DNA of 59,411 nucleotides, filler included, from Squatina squatina (taxonomy: Eukaryota): assembly GCA_031763465.1 (NCBI GenBank). It is 3 parts of 3 records of this genome, joined end to end, with 100 filler letters (N's around TTAATTAATTAA, not from the genome) between each part and the next. Parts side by side here need not be neighbours in the genome. Positions count along the whole stretch, not along the records: positions 1 to 29,288 come from JARFOE010000001.1; 2 more parts are not named here. One strand, written 5' to 3'. Shown in pieces: positions 13,601 through 26,938 of this stretch. The notes beneath the pieces are model-generated. The model saw only the letters and a list, made by a program, of their open reading frames with translations, searched no databases and was not told where the DNA came from. The translations under genes were made by a program, and so were the position numbers. The first letter of the stretch is position 1. The number at the start of each line of letters is the position of its first letter.

Positions 13601-15679
13601 ATTTTCTGTCAGCAAATATCTTACTTAGACCAGACAGATGTTGTGCTCTCCAACATTTAAAGGTCACGGCGTGATTGAACATTTGTGTCCTGGCTCCTTT
13701 TTGATGATTTGAAGATATATCTGGCATAAGTCTGATGTTCCTGTTTATGCTATGTGTCTCAAGTGACTGCCCATATTGTCAGAAGCAAAATTCTTTATAT
13801 CTTTTGTGTAAAGTTAGCCCATCAGGAAAAGAAGGTCAAATACTGTTATGGTCAAATAATGAGTCTTTCCAAATGCTTTCGAGCCTGATGTTTACATAGA
13901 TGAACCTTGTCTACATAAGGTCAAGCCTGCAACCAACACAGATAATACAATCCAGATGCAATAAACCTGTGCTAGCATATTTTACTTATTTATCCGTCAA
14001 TGCTTTGAACTGTAAATTTGTATGTGCTTGGTATTCTAAATGCACAATGACATTTGGAAGGCATTTATTTACAGCACGTCTTTCCCAAATGTATTAAAAT
14101 GAATTTAGAATTGGAGCAGAATCTGACCAAAATTTATATATTTTATGAATTTCAACTATCTATATATTACATACAGAATTCAACCTGTAAGCGTGTTTCA
14201 TTGGAAACTCAAATATCAGCAGTATAGAACTTGGTACTCCTTCCAATGGTGCTGTAATTGTTAATCTCAATATTAAAGGTGTCACACTGTGGGATAAACA
14301 ATAATCGCTATTTTATAGTTAAACTTTATTACCCGTGATTGTGCAATCTGGTCACTGAGCTCCCATAACTTGCTTTCTGACTTTTTACATCACTATTTCA
14401 TCTCATTAACTAAAATAATGTCCAAATAACAGTTTTAAAAAGTAAAATATTCAAAAATATAATTCACCATAACATAATTACATTTTCCATTGTATTATCT
14501 TTTGTGTAATTCAATGCTTTCTTTAAGTTTTTNNNNNNNNNNNNNNNNNNNNNNNNNNNNNNNNNNNNNNNNNNNNNNNNNNNNNNNNNNNNNNNNNNNN
14601 NNNNNNNNNNNNNNNNNNNNNNNNNNNNNNNNAGATAATAGGAAATCCATTCCCTAATCCAATTGTGCTTGGCTTGCTCTGCCCAATCTAGGGATTAATT
14701 GGAGTAACAGATATGACGGTAAGGCTATCATGCCTATTACTGAATGCAGCTGTAGTCTGTTTAAAAAATAGGTCAGCTAAAAAGAGTGCGACTTCACTAT
14801 TGCACTCTTAATTAACCAATAAATTTATATAAATTATATATTGTATTTGAAATAATTAGTGGTAGAATGAAAATATTAGTGATTCTATGCCAGCGATAGT
14901 AAATTAAAGCTTTGTCTTCCTTTGGTACTTACTATTCAGTGGGAATCAAAATGCATTGATGAGAATCTGTAGCTGTAATTGGCAGTCAGATCTTTCTGTT
15001 CGCTTCTGCAGTTGTGTTGTGATTATTTTTATTTCTGTGTTGGTTCTTCTGCTTTTCAGAGCCCCCTGCGGCCTCAGGCTTCGTAGAACCTTTCCATCTG
15101 TTTTAATTAATGTAATTATTCCATACTTTTTTTTAAATTTAAGGTGCATTTACATTTTTATTCCATTATTTCAGTACACTGAAAGCATCATTTCTAAATC
15201 AATGTCACTGCATACAGTGAGATGATTTTAAAACCTGGAAATTATACTGTGGCATATTGTATGAACACTTTATATTGTTGTATTAAATTCCTTTTTCTCC
15301 TATTTTGACAATGGTATTAACCCGATTTGAAATAAATGTGTTAATGTCTCCATAAAAGTAGTGGACAGAGGAATTTAATATAAATGTATTGAATGGTTGT
15401 GCAATAATTTTGAACAGCACGATTTCCAGGCTTAATTGTATGAAATGTATCCTGGTCTTCATTGAGCACCCCCCACCTACCCTGTTTGTGCAACTGCCTG
15501 CAGCCCTTGTCCATGTCCTGGTCTTCAGTTTTGTGACTCTAGCTTCCTGTTCCTTAAAATTAATGGATGGACAACTGTGCAGGGTCCACTGACCTCCATC
15601 TCCATTCTCTTTATGTGCCCCTGGTGCACAAAGCTCCATGTTGTGAGTGCCAATTCTTAATTGTTTTTAATTATTCATT

Positions 15680-15928
15680 CATGGGATATTCATTTGTTGC
15701 CCATCCCTAATTGCCCTTGAGGGGGTGGTGGTGAGCCGTCTTCTTGGATCGCTGCAGTCCGTGCGGTGGGGGTGCTCCCACGGTGCTGTTGGAGAGGAAG
15801 TTCCAGGGTTTTGAACCAGCGATGATGAAGGGAGAGAACAGCAGTATAGAAAGGTTTTCTGATCTGGGACAAAGGTTCGGCACAACATCGTGGGCCGAAG
15901 GGCCTGTTATGTGCTGTATGTTCTATGT
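15680..15928. mobile_element. Two juxtaposed LINE 3'-end fragments
   Basis: catttgttgcccatccctaattgcccttgag...gagccgtcttcttg followed by a CR1-type tail (ggttcggcacaacatcgtgggccgaagggcctgttatgtgctgtatgttctatgt). Confidence 0.6.
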
Positions 15929-17284
15929 NNNNNNNNNNNNNNNNNNNNNNNNNNNNNNNNNNNNNNNNNNNNNNNNNNNNNNNNNNNNNNNNNNNNNNNN
16001 NNNNNNNNNNNNNNNNNNNNNNNNNNNNGGCACAGTTTCCGCTATAAGAACTGGCCCGGAAACCAGTGGGGAGGTAGAAACTCTGTGGAACGTCTCTGAG
16101 TTTCTTTCCACCTCTGGCCACCCCAAATCCACCTAAACATTGGTGGGGGTGGGAGGCAGTGGCCAAGATTTATAATCATTTTAATACCTGACAAACTGAA
16201 AACACTGTCAGTAATAAATGGTGGCCAAGTACAATTAAACAATATTAAATAAGCACTATTTAGTTATTAAAATACCCACAATAAATTTACTTATTATAAA
16301 TATTGCTAAACAATGGATAAAAGCCTGGAATGTGGTCCACAACGCACTGATGACAATTTTGTATACCATATAATTAAATCAGAATTTCAGTTGTTCAGTT
16401 GCCATAAACCAATGACCCTAATTTTAAACAAATGGGATGGCGAAATGCAATCTCCGAAACAGCAGTAAATGTGATGGAATTTCACTTATTAACTCACTGT
16501 AAATCACTGGTTCTGCTAATAATATAGTAAAGCCTGATAAAACAGACATTTTCCTTGCAGTAAAAATGTGCATGAAACCAGCAGCACATTTAACTGGGCT
16601 GCCATTGAAATCAAAGGATACTACTTCAGTGAGTGGATGATTACAATGGCTGTAGTTTATCTTTTTATTACTGATCACCTATGTTATGTTGCTATTTAGC
16701 AAAAAATTGGACAGGATTACTTTATTAAAGTACTCGTAAAAAGCACCGGCTGGTTTGTTTAGTTATGACTGAATTACTTCAATGGCAGATGAAAGTGATA
16801 CAATTGTCTTAATTTATCTTCTCTATCTTCCTTTTCATTATTTCATTGTTCTTTTTTCTATTTCAGTTCTTGCAACAATCTCTTCTTAATCTATTTTTCA
16901 ACACACAGGAAGAAAAGTTTCATTAATAATAACCATTCTTACAATTTTGCAAGGTGACTACTCCAGCATAAAGCCATGATCCACGAACATAAAATTAGAG
17001 AAATGGGTGTGGAAATTAGTACATTCAATCTGCAACACTCCCAACTTTCAGGCAGCCTCATCTGACATAATTTAGCTTGTAGAACGTTTAAATGTTGAGA
17101 GTCCTGCATGTTGAGAATTATTTGTCACTGGTCATTCAAACTGTTTTTACATTGGNNNNNNNNNNNNNNNNNNNNNNNNNNNNNNNNNNNNNNNNNNNNN
17201 NNNNNNNNNNNNNNNNNNNNNNNNNNNNNNNNNNNNNNNNNNNNNNNNNNNNNNNATGGTTAAAATATTGGGATAAAATTTATG

Positions 17285-17430
17285 TGGATATTGTCCCGAT
17301 CTTCCACCATTGACAGAAACCTCGAGTTAATGGCATCAGCGACCATGCACATCATTTCTCTGGGGTCTCCTCCGATCCTCTGCCGAAGTTGCAGTGAGAA
17401 CGTGGGAGAGCCTCTGTGGAATTCTAGCCC
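17285..17430. mobile_element. Short dispersed MITE-like repeat, related to 7680-7830
   Basis: Shared catttctctg.gg...cc.cc.atc......gaagtt.c.g..gaga.c..g.gag.....tgtgg.att..agccc between 17353-17430 and 7751-7828. Confidence 0.45.
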
Positions 17431-19749
17431 ATTGTATTTATTTTGGACATTGATATACAATACACGATTTGAAAAAATTATGTCTTGATTCCAGTTCTCT
17501 CTTGTGTCCTTTCATCGTGCCTGCTAATTTATTACATTTGGATAATACTGAGTCCTCGGTGAAATAAATGAGACTGAAATTGTAGATCATGGGTTAGAGC
17601 CTTTTTTAATGGTGAGGAAAATTCACTTCAAGGCAGGGTATTTGTTGTCTTTTTTTGCTGATGACCTTGACAGACAGGAAAGTGAAATTTAATTTTACAA
17701 CATGATAAAATAAGTACCTGACTTACACGCCTAATGACAAAGTCTTTGAATATTGATGATTAATAAGCTGCAGTACTACTTAATTCATAGCTTCTATTGC
17801 TCAGGAGAGGAGAGGATGTGGCCATAAATAGCCCCTGCCTCAGTATTTAGTCAAGGAGCAAGATTCTTTTGATGCTAAGCACACTCCAGATGAATNNNNN
17901 NNNNNNNNNNNNNNNNNNNNNNNNNNNNNNNNNNNNNNNNNNNNNNNNNNNNNNNNNNNNNNNNNNNNNNNNNNNNNNNNNNNNNNNNNNNNNNNTGACT
18001 GACCCAAGCAGTGCTTGTGTCAGCAGAATGATCCCCTTTAAAGGGCTGAGGTGAGCTGAGACCTACTAGCACCTCCTTACATCGGACCAACAATTGGGCA
18101 GCTGAAAAAACGTAGGTTTTGTTTTGTGATGCCGAGAAATTTTCTAAGATGCCAATTCCCTGACTTAAAGGGACAGCTCTATTAGGGCACAAAAATGACA
18201 TCTATTGCCCCATATAGCCACCAGCTATAAAAATGCCAATTGGGCGCCCATGAAACCTTATCTGGAAACTCTGCTGCTTAAATCAGCAAAAACAAATGCA
18301 AACATTAATCTTTAAAAAGAAGGTTGCAATTAGGTTAGCACTGCAGAATAAGAAAAATTAAAACATGAGGATAGCTCTGATGAATAAAACAATGTTCAGT
18401 TTGTAGATATCCAGGTACACATCCACCTTGGACAGGGAATGTTTATTTTTAGTTCTCCATTACACGTGAATCTTATGGACTATTAGATCTTCACAGCATT
18501 TTTAATTGCTTTCTTTTGTATCTTTAGTGTGGCACGCTGTCACAAAATGTGAGGCATTGTTACTACAAAGGCAATTTTTCTTTTTTTGCTTTCATGTTAC
18601 ACTAGCGATTGGATTTAAGTCCATTTTCCTTCCATTTCCTGATATGATCCGATAACAGTTATAATGTAATTTTGGGGAAAATTGAACTTTCACTGTAAAT
18701 TGTTCAGGTGATGAGAAGAAATCACAGACAGTAAAAAAAAGAGACTGACTCAGTGAGTGAAGGATCATCACTGCTGTTTTGTTAATTTTATCTCGCTTCG
18801 CTTTAACATTTTAAGGGACACCTGTTGCCTTTTTTAAAAAACACAACTCTAGCTGTGAAAAGCAAAGGAAAGTGGTGTTTGTAATCAGAATTTTCCACTG
18901 TTTAATTACAAGGAAACCTGGTATAGATTTTCTTGTCCCTGGAGGTAATGTAACCAGTGCGCTGACTGTAACAGATTCGCTGAGCTCCTGAATAGCTTTA
19001 CCATGTGTCAAAGACAAATTATATTTTTTTAATTATATACTTGCAATATGGCAAATATTTAATTTACCTTACACACTATATCACTTAACAAGATTAACTT
19101 TTCTGGAGGTGTAAAACAGCAGTATATTATAAGCCATTATTCTGCTACACCATTATTAGCTCATTCGCTACTCACTGCCACTGTGTGATGTCACAAGGTG
19201 CCCATTACATCTAACGGTTAGTTAAAATGTTCAGCACTGAATCTAACGAACAAACATTTCTAAAGGGAGGGAAGCAAAGAAGTGGCACCAACAAATTCAA
19301 TGTAGTATAATTGGACTATCAGAAGACTTTCAATAACACTGATCTCAAGAAACTGATGGCTACAGTGGATCCTCATTAGGATAAATAAGGAAATAGTAAA
19401 CAATGAATTGGCTAGCTCAGTGAGCTAATTTTATGTTGAAGGCAACAATTCCGAGCAGCATCTTGCTCAATGGCCACTCATGACTGGGCCAGAAATTGCT
19501 GGAATGGCGCATCTTGTGGCAAGTGGCATGAATTGGACTTCTTTCCCTCACCCTTCAGATCACACTATATTTTGCGCCACAATTTGCTGGAAATGTGAAT
19601 TAATAATGGTGCAGCACATGCAATAGGACATCTGGGGCCTCATGAACATCGCAGCCAATGGTTTATCCCTTTAACCAAACCAAAGGATAGAGAAAGAATA
19701 GAGAAAGAAACTGAGCGAACGACAACAAAGGAAATAGGGTAAATTAGAG

Positions 19750-19838
19750 ACAGAAAGAGAAATAAAGGGAGGGAAAGAAAGAGTGAAGAAAGAGAGAGAG
19801 AGAGAGAGTGAAGAAAGAGAGAGAGAGAGAGAAGAGAC
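19750..19838. repeat. (GA)n / purine-rich microsatellite
   Basis: Runs of agagagagag ending at a gap. Confidence 0.9.
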
Positions 19839-22800
19839 NNNNNNNNNNAAGTTTTTTTTTTAAAGTACATTGTAACCCAGTTGTAAGTTGTGTTTGGGAA
19901 TTGGTGTATTGATCCTTGAGAAGCTGTGCATGAATGGCAACGTAGGTGTGAAAAATGTACAAATGTTCTTGAGCCACTAAGTATTGAACAACATGATCAA
20001 GAACAGCGGAACTGCTTTCATCGGAAGATAGGAATTGCCAAATTGATAAAAATGACCAAGGTCCATCTAGTTCTACCATCCTGGTAGTCGCATGATACAA
20101 TAATGGAGTTGTTCACTAATCATAGTCAACTCTCTGACAATAGATCCAGACATGAGGTTAGGAAAACCCAAGTGGTGGAACCGTAGGTCCAAAGTCACCT
20201 GTTCCTTCCAAGCACAGTACACTTACCACATCATATTTCAAGTTATTCATATACTCTATCCCAAAATGTTATTTTTGGAAATAAATCCATCTAAATTTGC
20301 ATCTGAGTGTTGAAACAGCTTTGCATGCTGAAAGTGATTGCCTTCCGACACTATGGGCGGCCAAGTCGTGTTTTGGGCATTTCTAGCGCTAAGCGCCAAA
20401 TTTTGCCCTGGAAATGGGCCTNNNNNNNNNNNNNNNNNNNNNNNNNNNNNNNNNNNNNNNNNNNNNNNNNNNNNNNNNNNNNNNNNNNNNNNNNNNNNNN
20501 NNNNNNNNNNNNNNNNNNNNNTGATGTGGGATGGAAAGGCTTATGCTATGGATGTACTGGAAGGAGATAAAGTGCAAGGCCATAACTGATACCCATTGTT
20601 TCTCATTAGTGAGTAAACAGATCCTCTTGCGCAAATTAGTTGAAGTGAGAGTTGGCATAATGGCATTATTTTAGAATTTAATTATGCATATAAAAAGTTA
20701 CAGATGCTGGGGCTCCTTGGGGACTTTTCTAGTCTTACTGAGGCTAGTGTAAGCAGTTAATGATGACATGCTTCCGATCACCTGAGGGGTGTCCCTGGTA
20801 TGTGAGTTATCATGTTAGAATTGGTACCTATATCTCATATACACTAGACGTAAGGGGTTGTGTTTTATTATCTCAATGACTTGATTTAATAAAGAGTTAA
20901 TACCAGAGTTGCAATGTTACTTGTTCCTCAAATTTGTATTAGAGGTAAAGGATATATGATAATATCCTATATAAAACCAACAGCCCAGATTTTCCTTGCG
21001 GGGCCCGGAAGAGCGCACCTGGTCTTCCTAGCCCCAATAAGGATTTTTTTTTCATTTGCATTCAGCTCCCCCACTGGCTTCCTGACAGTTTCACCTGGCA
21101 GGGTGGCCGCTGTGGGCACTCCGATTAGGAGCAGGTTAAGAATCCAATCAGGGTACTTTGTACATCATAGGAACCAGATTAGCAATTATTAATGAGGCTT
21201 CTGCCAGAGGACAGCAGACAACTCATCTACCACCGAAATCAGGAGTGCTCAGCAGGGAAATTGAGCCGTTGCATTTTAATTGTTCGCCTACTCCATTCCT
21301 ACTGATCGGGGAGAGTTAAAATCCACCCCCCAATCATGCTGTTACAGAGAAGCGGAATGTGTGTGCTCAGTCATGTAGTGTTACGCGCATTTAGCTTTTA
21401 TCTAAGTATCAGCTTAATTATCTATGTCGTGCTACCTCCACTGAGCTGAGCCGGTGCCTGCTGTATAAGTACCAAAAATTAACATTCAAAAGTATACAGA
21501 TTGTATACTTCAGAGAATAACAGATGTCTAACAGTGAGTTGAAGACAGTAATTGTATCTTGCAATTTCACTAATGCTCATAAACTACTCAGGCTTTGCGT
21601 TTGTGATTTGCAACATCGCCAGCTCCATTTGTTTGAATTGATGCCTTCTACATTGCTGCCACCTATCTGTAATCCTCCTATATGCAAGTTACTACCAAAA
21701 TGTTAGCCAATCTTCGGATGTTGATAAACCTGCTGAATATTTCCATTATTTTCTGGTTTAATTCAGGTATCATAGATTTCTTTTTACCTCTCCAGTTGCT
21801 TTCTGTAAGATTAACTGTAATATGTGTGAATCCCACTGAACAGTAATGGAATGAAAATATCCTGTCTGTGGTAGTATCTTTACGCTATTAGCTATCACTG
21901 AAATGTTGCCTCTTTGGGTGTTCAATTTACTGTTAGTGTTATCATTGTGAAGTCAAAACATTGTACTGAATGTTAGCCGCAGGTAATGCACATCAGGACG
22001 CAAGTAAATAACAAAACCACTAACCAATAGACTAAAATAAGCTCAATCATCATGTTGTAGCAAAAATGCCAGCATTACAAATGGGAGCATCAATGAAAAT
22101 GACGTTTAACGGTATTTGCATACCCTGAAGAATTCTGCCAATTTTGGAGTTGCCTGCTGCCATTGATGGAAATTTTATTTTGGAACAACTAGATCGCAAT
22201 AGCATGGGGCTGGAGAAGAAAGAAGAGAATGTTGGAGGCAAAGCATTATCCACTTAAAAAAAACATTCTGCCTTTATCAAAATAGTGTTCTGGATTTGAG
22301 GTGACTTAGATTCAATAGAGCAGTTGCACAAATCTGGAATCATTCTCTGTAATTGCAGTTGCTTTACCAGTGGATGTGAAAGCCAATACTATTCCTATGC
22401 TTTGCCTGCTACCATGCTCTGTCATTTACGTTCAACTGCACCTGGAGTCGATTTTGGTCTGACGATCGAGTAACGTTTTGGAATTAACGTGTATAGGATT
22501 GCAGGTGGCTGTCACGAAGTTAGAAGGTATCAATTCACATAAGTGATGGTGGTCATGGTGCAAATTGCAAAAGCAAAGTGCTTATTTTAGTCCATTGGTA
22601 CATTGGACAGGTGGCCAGTGATAGCTGAACCACCCGCTGAGATCATCGGAAGGCCTGAACCATTTTGGTGGTTGGGCCTCTGTTAAATTTGACAGGTATG
22701 CTGCAAGCGCACCTTGTAGCTTGAATTTGGGAGGGTGGGAATTCTGCCCTGCTGCTTCTTAAAGCCAACCTGCACTTGGTAAAAGGGCAAGGGGAACTTA

Positions 22801-24480
22801 TCATTGGTGGTGTGTTTGCATAATCTGAAGGAAGGATGTCTCTGGCTAGGACAGCCCCTTTTTGTGGTACTGCAGTGGAATACTGATGAAGCAAATGAGA
22901 GCCAGGAAGGATGTCTTTTTATGTAGAATTACATAGAATTTACAGCACAGAAACAAGCCATTCGGNNNNNNNNNNNNNNNNNNNNNNNNNNNNNNNNNNN
23001 NNNNNNNNNNNNNNNNNNNNNNNNNNNNNNNNNNNNNNNNNNNNNNNNNNNNNNNNNNNNNNNNNGAGGGGCATGGCCAATTTTGTGGACGGGGCTTGCT
23101 TCTGAACAATATTTTTAAAACAAGCGCAAAAGATGGTGAAAACTCAAATTGTGCTTAAAATTCCGTGACGTTTTGCGCTGGTTGTGTTGATTTTAGTCGA
23201 CTTTTGCCGAATAAACCAGCGCAGTCGAGTGGAAACTCCAGGTCTGTAGGTGAGGTGTTTTTTGATTACCCTCGCAAGCTAACAAATTGTTTATCTTTGA
23301 GTGTCTGTGGAAATTAACTTCCATTTAGCATATTAGTAACCGTTTATAGAGTTGCCTTTTAAAAAAAAGCACTTCCAAGAATAAACTTTACTTAAAAAGT
23401 TAAAGCAGATTCTATTTCCAATCCTTTCTGTTAAAAGTGGTCAAAATACTGAAAAAGGACATCTGGTGCTTCTGCATTAACTCTTTACCGAGTAAAAGTT
23501 AAGAACTTATTTATAGACCTGCTGCATGAGCTATTTGATTATGGCATGTTTGTTGTTGCTTGTTTTTGGGCAAAGATATTATTTGAAGCAAGCAATAAAT
23601 ATGAAGAAACAAAAAATGTGAAAATTACCTTTTTCTAATTCTCATTTGTGTTTGCAATAAGTGTCTACAATATAAATATTTATTCTGAAACTTCTTTAAA
23701 AGCCTATGCTAATAAATTTAATAGTCTCTACCTGCACTGTTATTTTCCTAAACAGAGTTGGAAAGTATTGGAATCTTTTCATGTTGGCAAAAAAATCTTC
23801 TTTTGAAAATTTATTTGTGCACTGTTGGTGCTCCTCATTAAATCAACGTCCGGGGTGAGGTATCAATCATTGTCAGCTCCAGCTCCCAATATGCTGATTG
23901 AACACTTCCTGCCAAAGAATATTTAATATGCACAACTCATCCCAAAGACTTTAAACAGCTGCACGTTTTATATTCATGTTTTCTCATTGGATAAAACAAT
24001 TGTAGCTCTCTCACTTCTTGTTGAAGCTGAAGTTTACATCAGTGAGTTTTTATTTTATTTTATAAGCTTTAGCTGCTGGCAAAATTAATCAAATGAAAGA
24101 TGCAAATCATCTGTGAAAAATACAAAATTTCAGCTCAAGGCTGAAAGTAATTATGTGCTGTTCATCCATATTATTATTACTCTTTGATATTTCAAAGAGT
24201 CAGCATCATCTGTTCCTGAGGATATTTTTCAGTGCTAATAGCAACATCATATGGTTATTCCCNNNNNNNNNNNNNNNNNNNNNNNNNNNNNNNNNNNNNN
24301 NNNNNNNNNNNNNNNNNNNNNNNNNNNNNNNNNNNNNNNNNNNNNNNNNNNNNNNNNNNNNNAGCAGCAGCAGCTCTAAGGAAATTCCTGGCTGATCCCC
24401 TGAATTTCCAAGGGGTTATCGCAATCTGCCATAACTTTGGCAGGATATCTGCACAACCTCCAAAAGAATGGCGTAATCAT

Positions 24481-24612
24481 CCTTTCATCAATTCATCGAC
24501 CTGAAACATTTGCTCTGCTTCTTTCTCCACAGATGCTGCCTGACTTGCTGAGTATTTCCAGCATTTTCTGTTTTTATTTCAGATTTTCAGCAGACATATT
24601 ATTTTGCTTTTG
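24481..24612 (+). mobile_element. Penelope-like pLTR remnant, 5'-truncated within the hammerhead
   Basis: tcatcgacctgaaacatttgctctg..tctccacagatgctgcctgacttgctgagtatttccagc. It is preceded by cctttcatca, the reverse complement of the tgatgaaagg core. Confidence 0.55.
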
Positions 24613-26834
24613 AACAAAAATAAGGTGACGTATGAAATTCATCTCAGAAAACTGCAGAAGAGGTAGGTACGGAACAGTACAGGCACCAAGGGATGGCAGC
24701 GATGGAATGGAGGATTTGCCACAGCATTTTGGTTTGGAGTACGAAGAATCTCATAGGGCTGCAGCATTCGGGGCTACAGAGCTGCTTTAACTAAAAGTTT
24801 GATCAACCAGTCCTTGACACATCAGTCTGCCTGGCTATGCATCAGCCAGGGCTACTTCTTCTTCTCCTCCTCCTCTTCTTCATCTTCTACAGGGAAGGGA
24901 GCAGGCTCACCTTCCTGTTCCTCTGGCTGCATCGCTCCCCCTCTGCTTATAGTGAAGTTGTGCAGAAGACAACAGACACCGATGATCTTTGAAACCGTCT
25001 TTGGGGCTTCAGCCTAGGACCTCACCTGAATTATCCTGACAAGAGAACCCTAGCTTCAACATCCTGATGGATCTCCCAGGAGAATTAGGGTTGAAACATG
25101 AGTCTCATCCTTGCATTCAGTCAGCTCCTTCATTTGGTTGTTACAAAATATAGCTACTGCCAGGGTATTTTGTGGTCAACTAGATTATTTTGGTATGAGG
25201 GGCCAAGACTACCTGAATACTGATCAATTACAATCCCTTTAGATTTATATATACCATGGGCTTATTCTTGGCTCTACCTTTTTAGGAACCTAACCACCTT
25301 GAAGAAGGGCTGGGCTGTGTCCAGCAGTTTCCTTCTTCCCATTGGGAAATTGATCTGCACTGAGCCACGCGGTGCATTGGTGCACGAATGATGCACCAAT
25401 CTGGCAAATGTCACCAATTGTTGCTTGAAAGGAGCTGGTTGCATAAAAGTTGCTATTCAAGCCACCATACACACAAAGTGCTGCCTCAAAACCTTTCTAA
25501 CTTTTGCTCTCACGCTATCGGGGACTCGGCCCAAGTGCGCAGAGCCCTACCCACCTGATTCCGTGGGTCAAACGTACTGTTTGCAAGGGGCTGCTCCCGC
25601 GGTGTACCAGCACAGAATCAGCCTACATCTAGACAGATGTTAACTAACTCCATAGCAAGGATTTTGATTGGTTAAGGCTGTAGATGATGGTGAACAAGTT
25701 CTCATATCAGACCTAATTACTGCTCCTTTAAATTAATGGCAGATATTGTGCAACCAGTGGTTTTTCAGCAGGGACTTTGTGCTAAACAATGTTCTCAGAA
25801 CATCATTTGAGAATTTTCTGGGGGGGGTGGTTTGGTAGACTGAGTCGGTGACATTAGAAAAATAAACCGTTGTTGTGCACTCTATTTTTGGCAGTCATCC
25901 AGGCTTTTGCATAAATTTATCAAAATTCTATGGGGACCTATAAAATACCTGCAATCTCGGTCAGAAGGAAAGTGCTAAATCTTGCTTTCTGCACAGCTAG
26001 GCAATCTATAAAAACTTGCAAAAAAAAATGGTTTGCTGCAAATCACTGCAACAGAGACCANNNNNNNNNNNNNNNNNNNNNNNNNNNNNNNNNNNNNNNN
26101 NNNNNNNNNNNNNNNNNNNNNNNNNNNNNNNNNNNNNNNNNNNNNNNNNNNNNNNNNNNNNNNNNNNNNNNNNNNNNNNNNNNNNNNNNNNNNNNNNNNN
26201 NNNNNNNNNNNNNNNNNNNNNNNNNNNNNNNNNNNNNNNNNNNNNNNNNNNNNNNNNNNNNNNNNNNNNNNNNNNNNNNNNNNNNNNNNNNNNNNNNNNN
26301 NNNNNNNNNNNNNNNNNNNNNNNNNNNNNNNNNNNNNNNNNNNNNNNNNNNNNNNNNNNNNNNNNNNNNNNNNNNNNNNNNNNNNNNNNNNNNNNNNNNN
26401 NNNNNNNNNNNNNNNNNNNNNNNNNNNNNNNNNNNNNNNNNNNNNNNNNNNNNNNNNNNNNNNNNNNNNNNNNNNNNNNNNNNNNNNNNNNNNNNNNNNN
26501 NNNNNNNNNNNNNNNNNNNNNNNNNNNNNNNNNNNNNNNNNNNNNNNNNNNNNNNNNNNNNNNNNNNNNNNNNNNNNNNNNNNNNNNNNNNNNNNNNNNN
26601 NNNNNNNNNNNNNNNNNNNNNNNNNNNNNNNNNNNNNNNNNNNNNNNNNNNNNNNNNNNNNNNNNNNNNNNNNNNNNNNNNNNNNNNNNNNNNNNNNNNN
26701 NNNNNNNNNNNNNNNNNNNNNNNNNNNNNNNNNNNNNNNNNNNNNNNNNNNNNNNNNNNNNNNNNNNNNNNNNNNNNNNNNNNNNNNNNNNNNNNNNNNN
26801 NNNNNNNNNNNNNNNNNNNNNNNNNNNNNNNNNN

Positions 26835-26938
26835 GTATATAAAAAGGAAGAGAGTAGCTAAAGTAAACGTTGGTCCCTTAGAGGATGAGACTGGGGAAAT
26901 AATAATGGGAACCAAGGAAATGGTAGATGAGTTGAACA
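26835..26938 (+). mobile_element. CR1-type LINE ORF2 fragment
   Basis: Translates as YIKRKRVAKVNVGPLEDETGEIIMGTKEMVDELN, typical of the CR1 ORF2 region between the endonuclease and RT domains. Confidence 0.75.
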
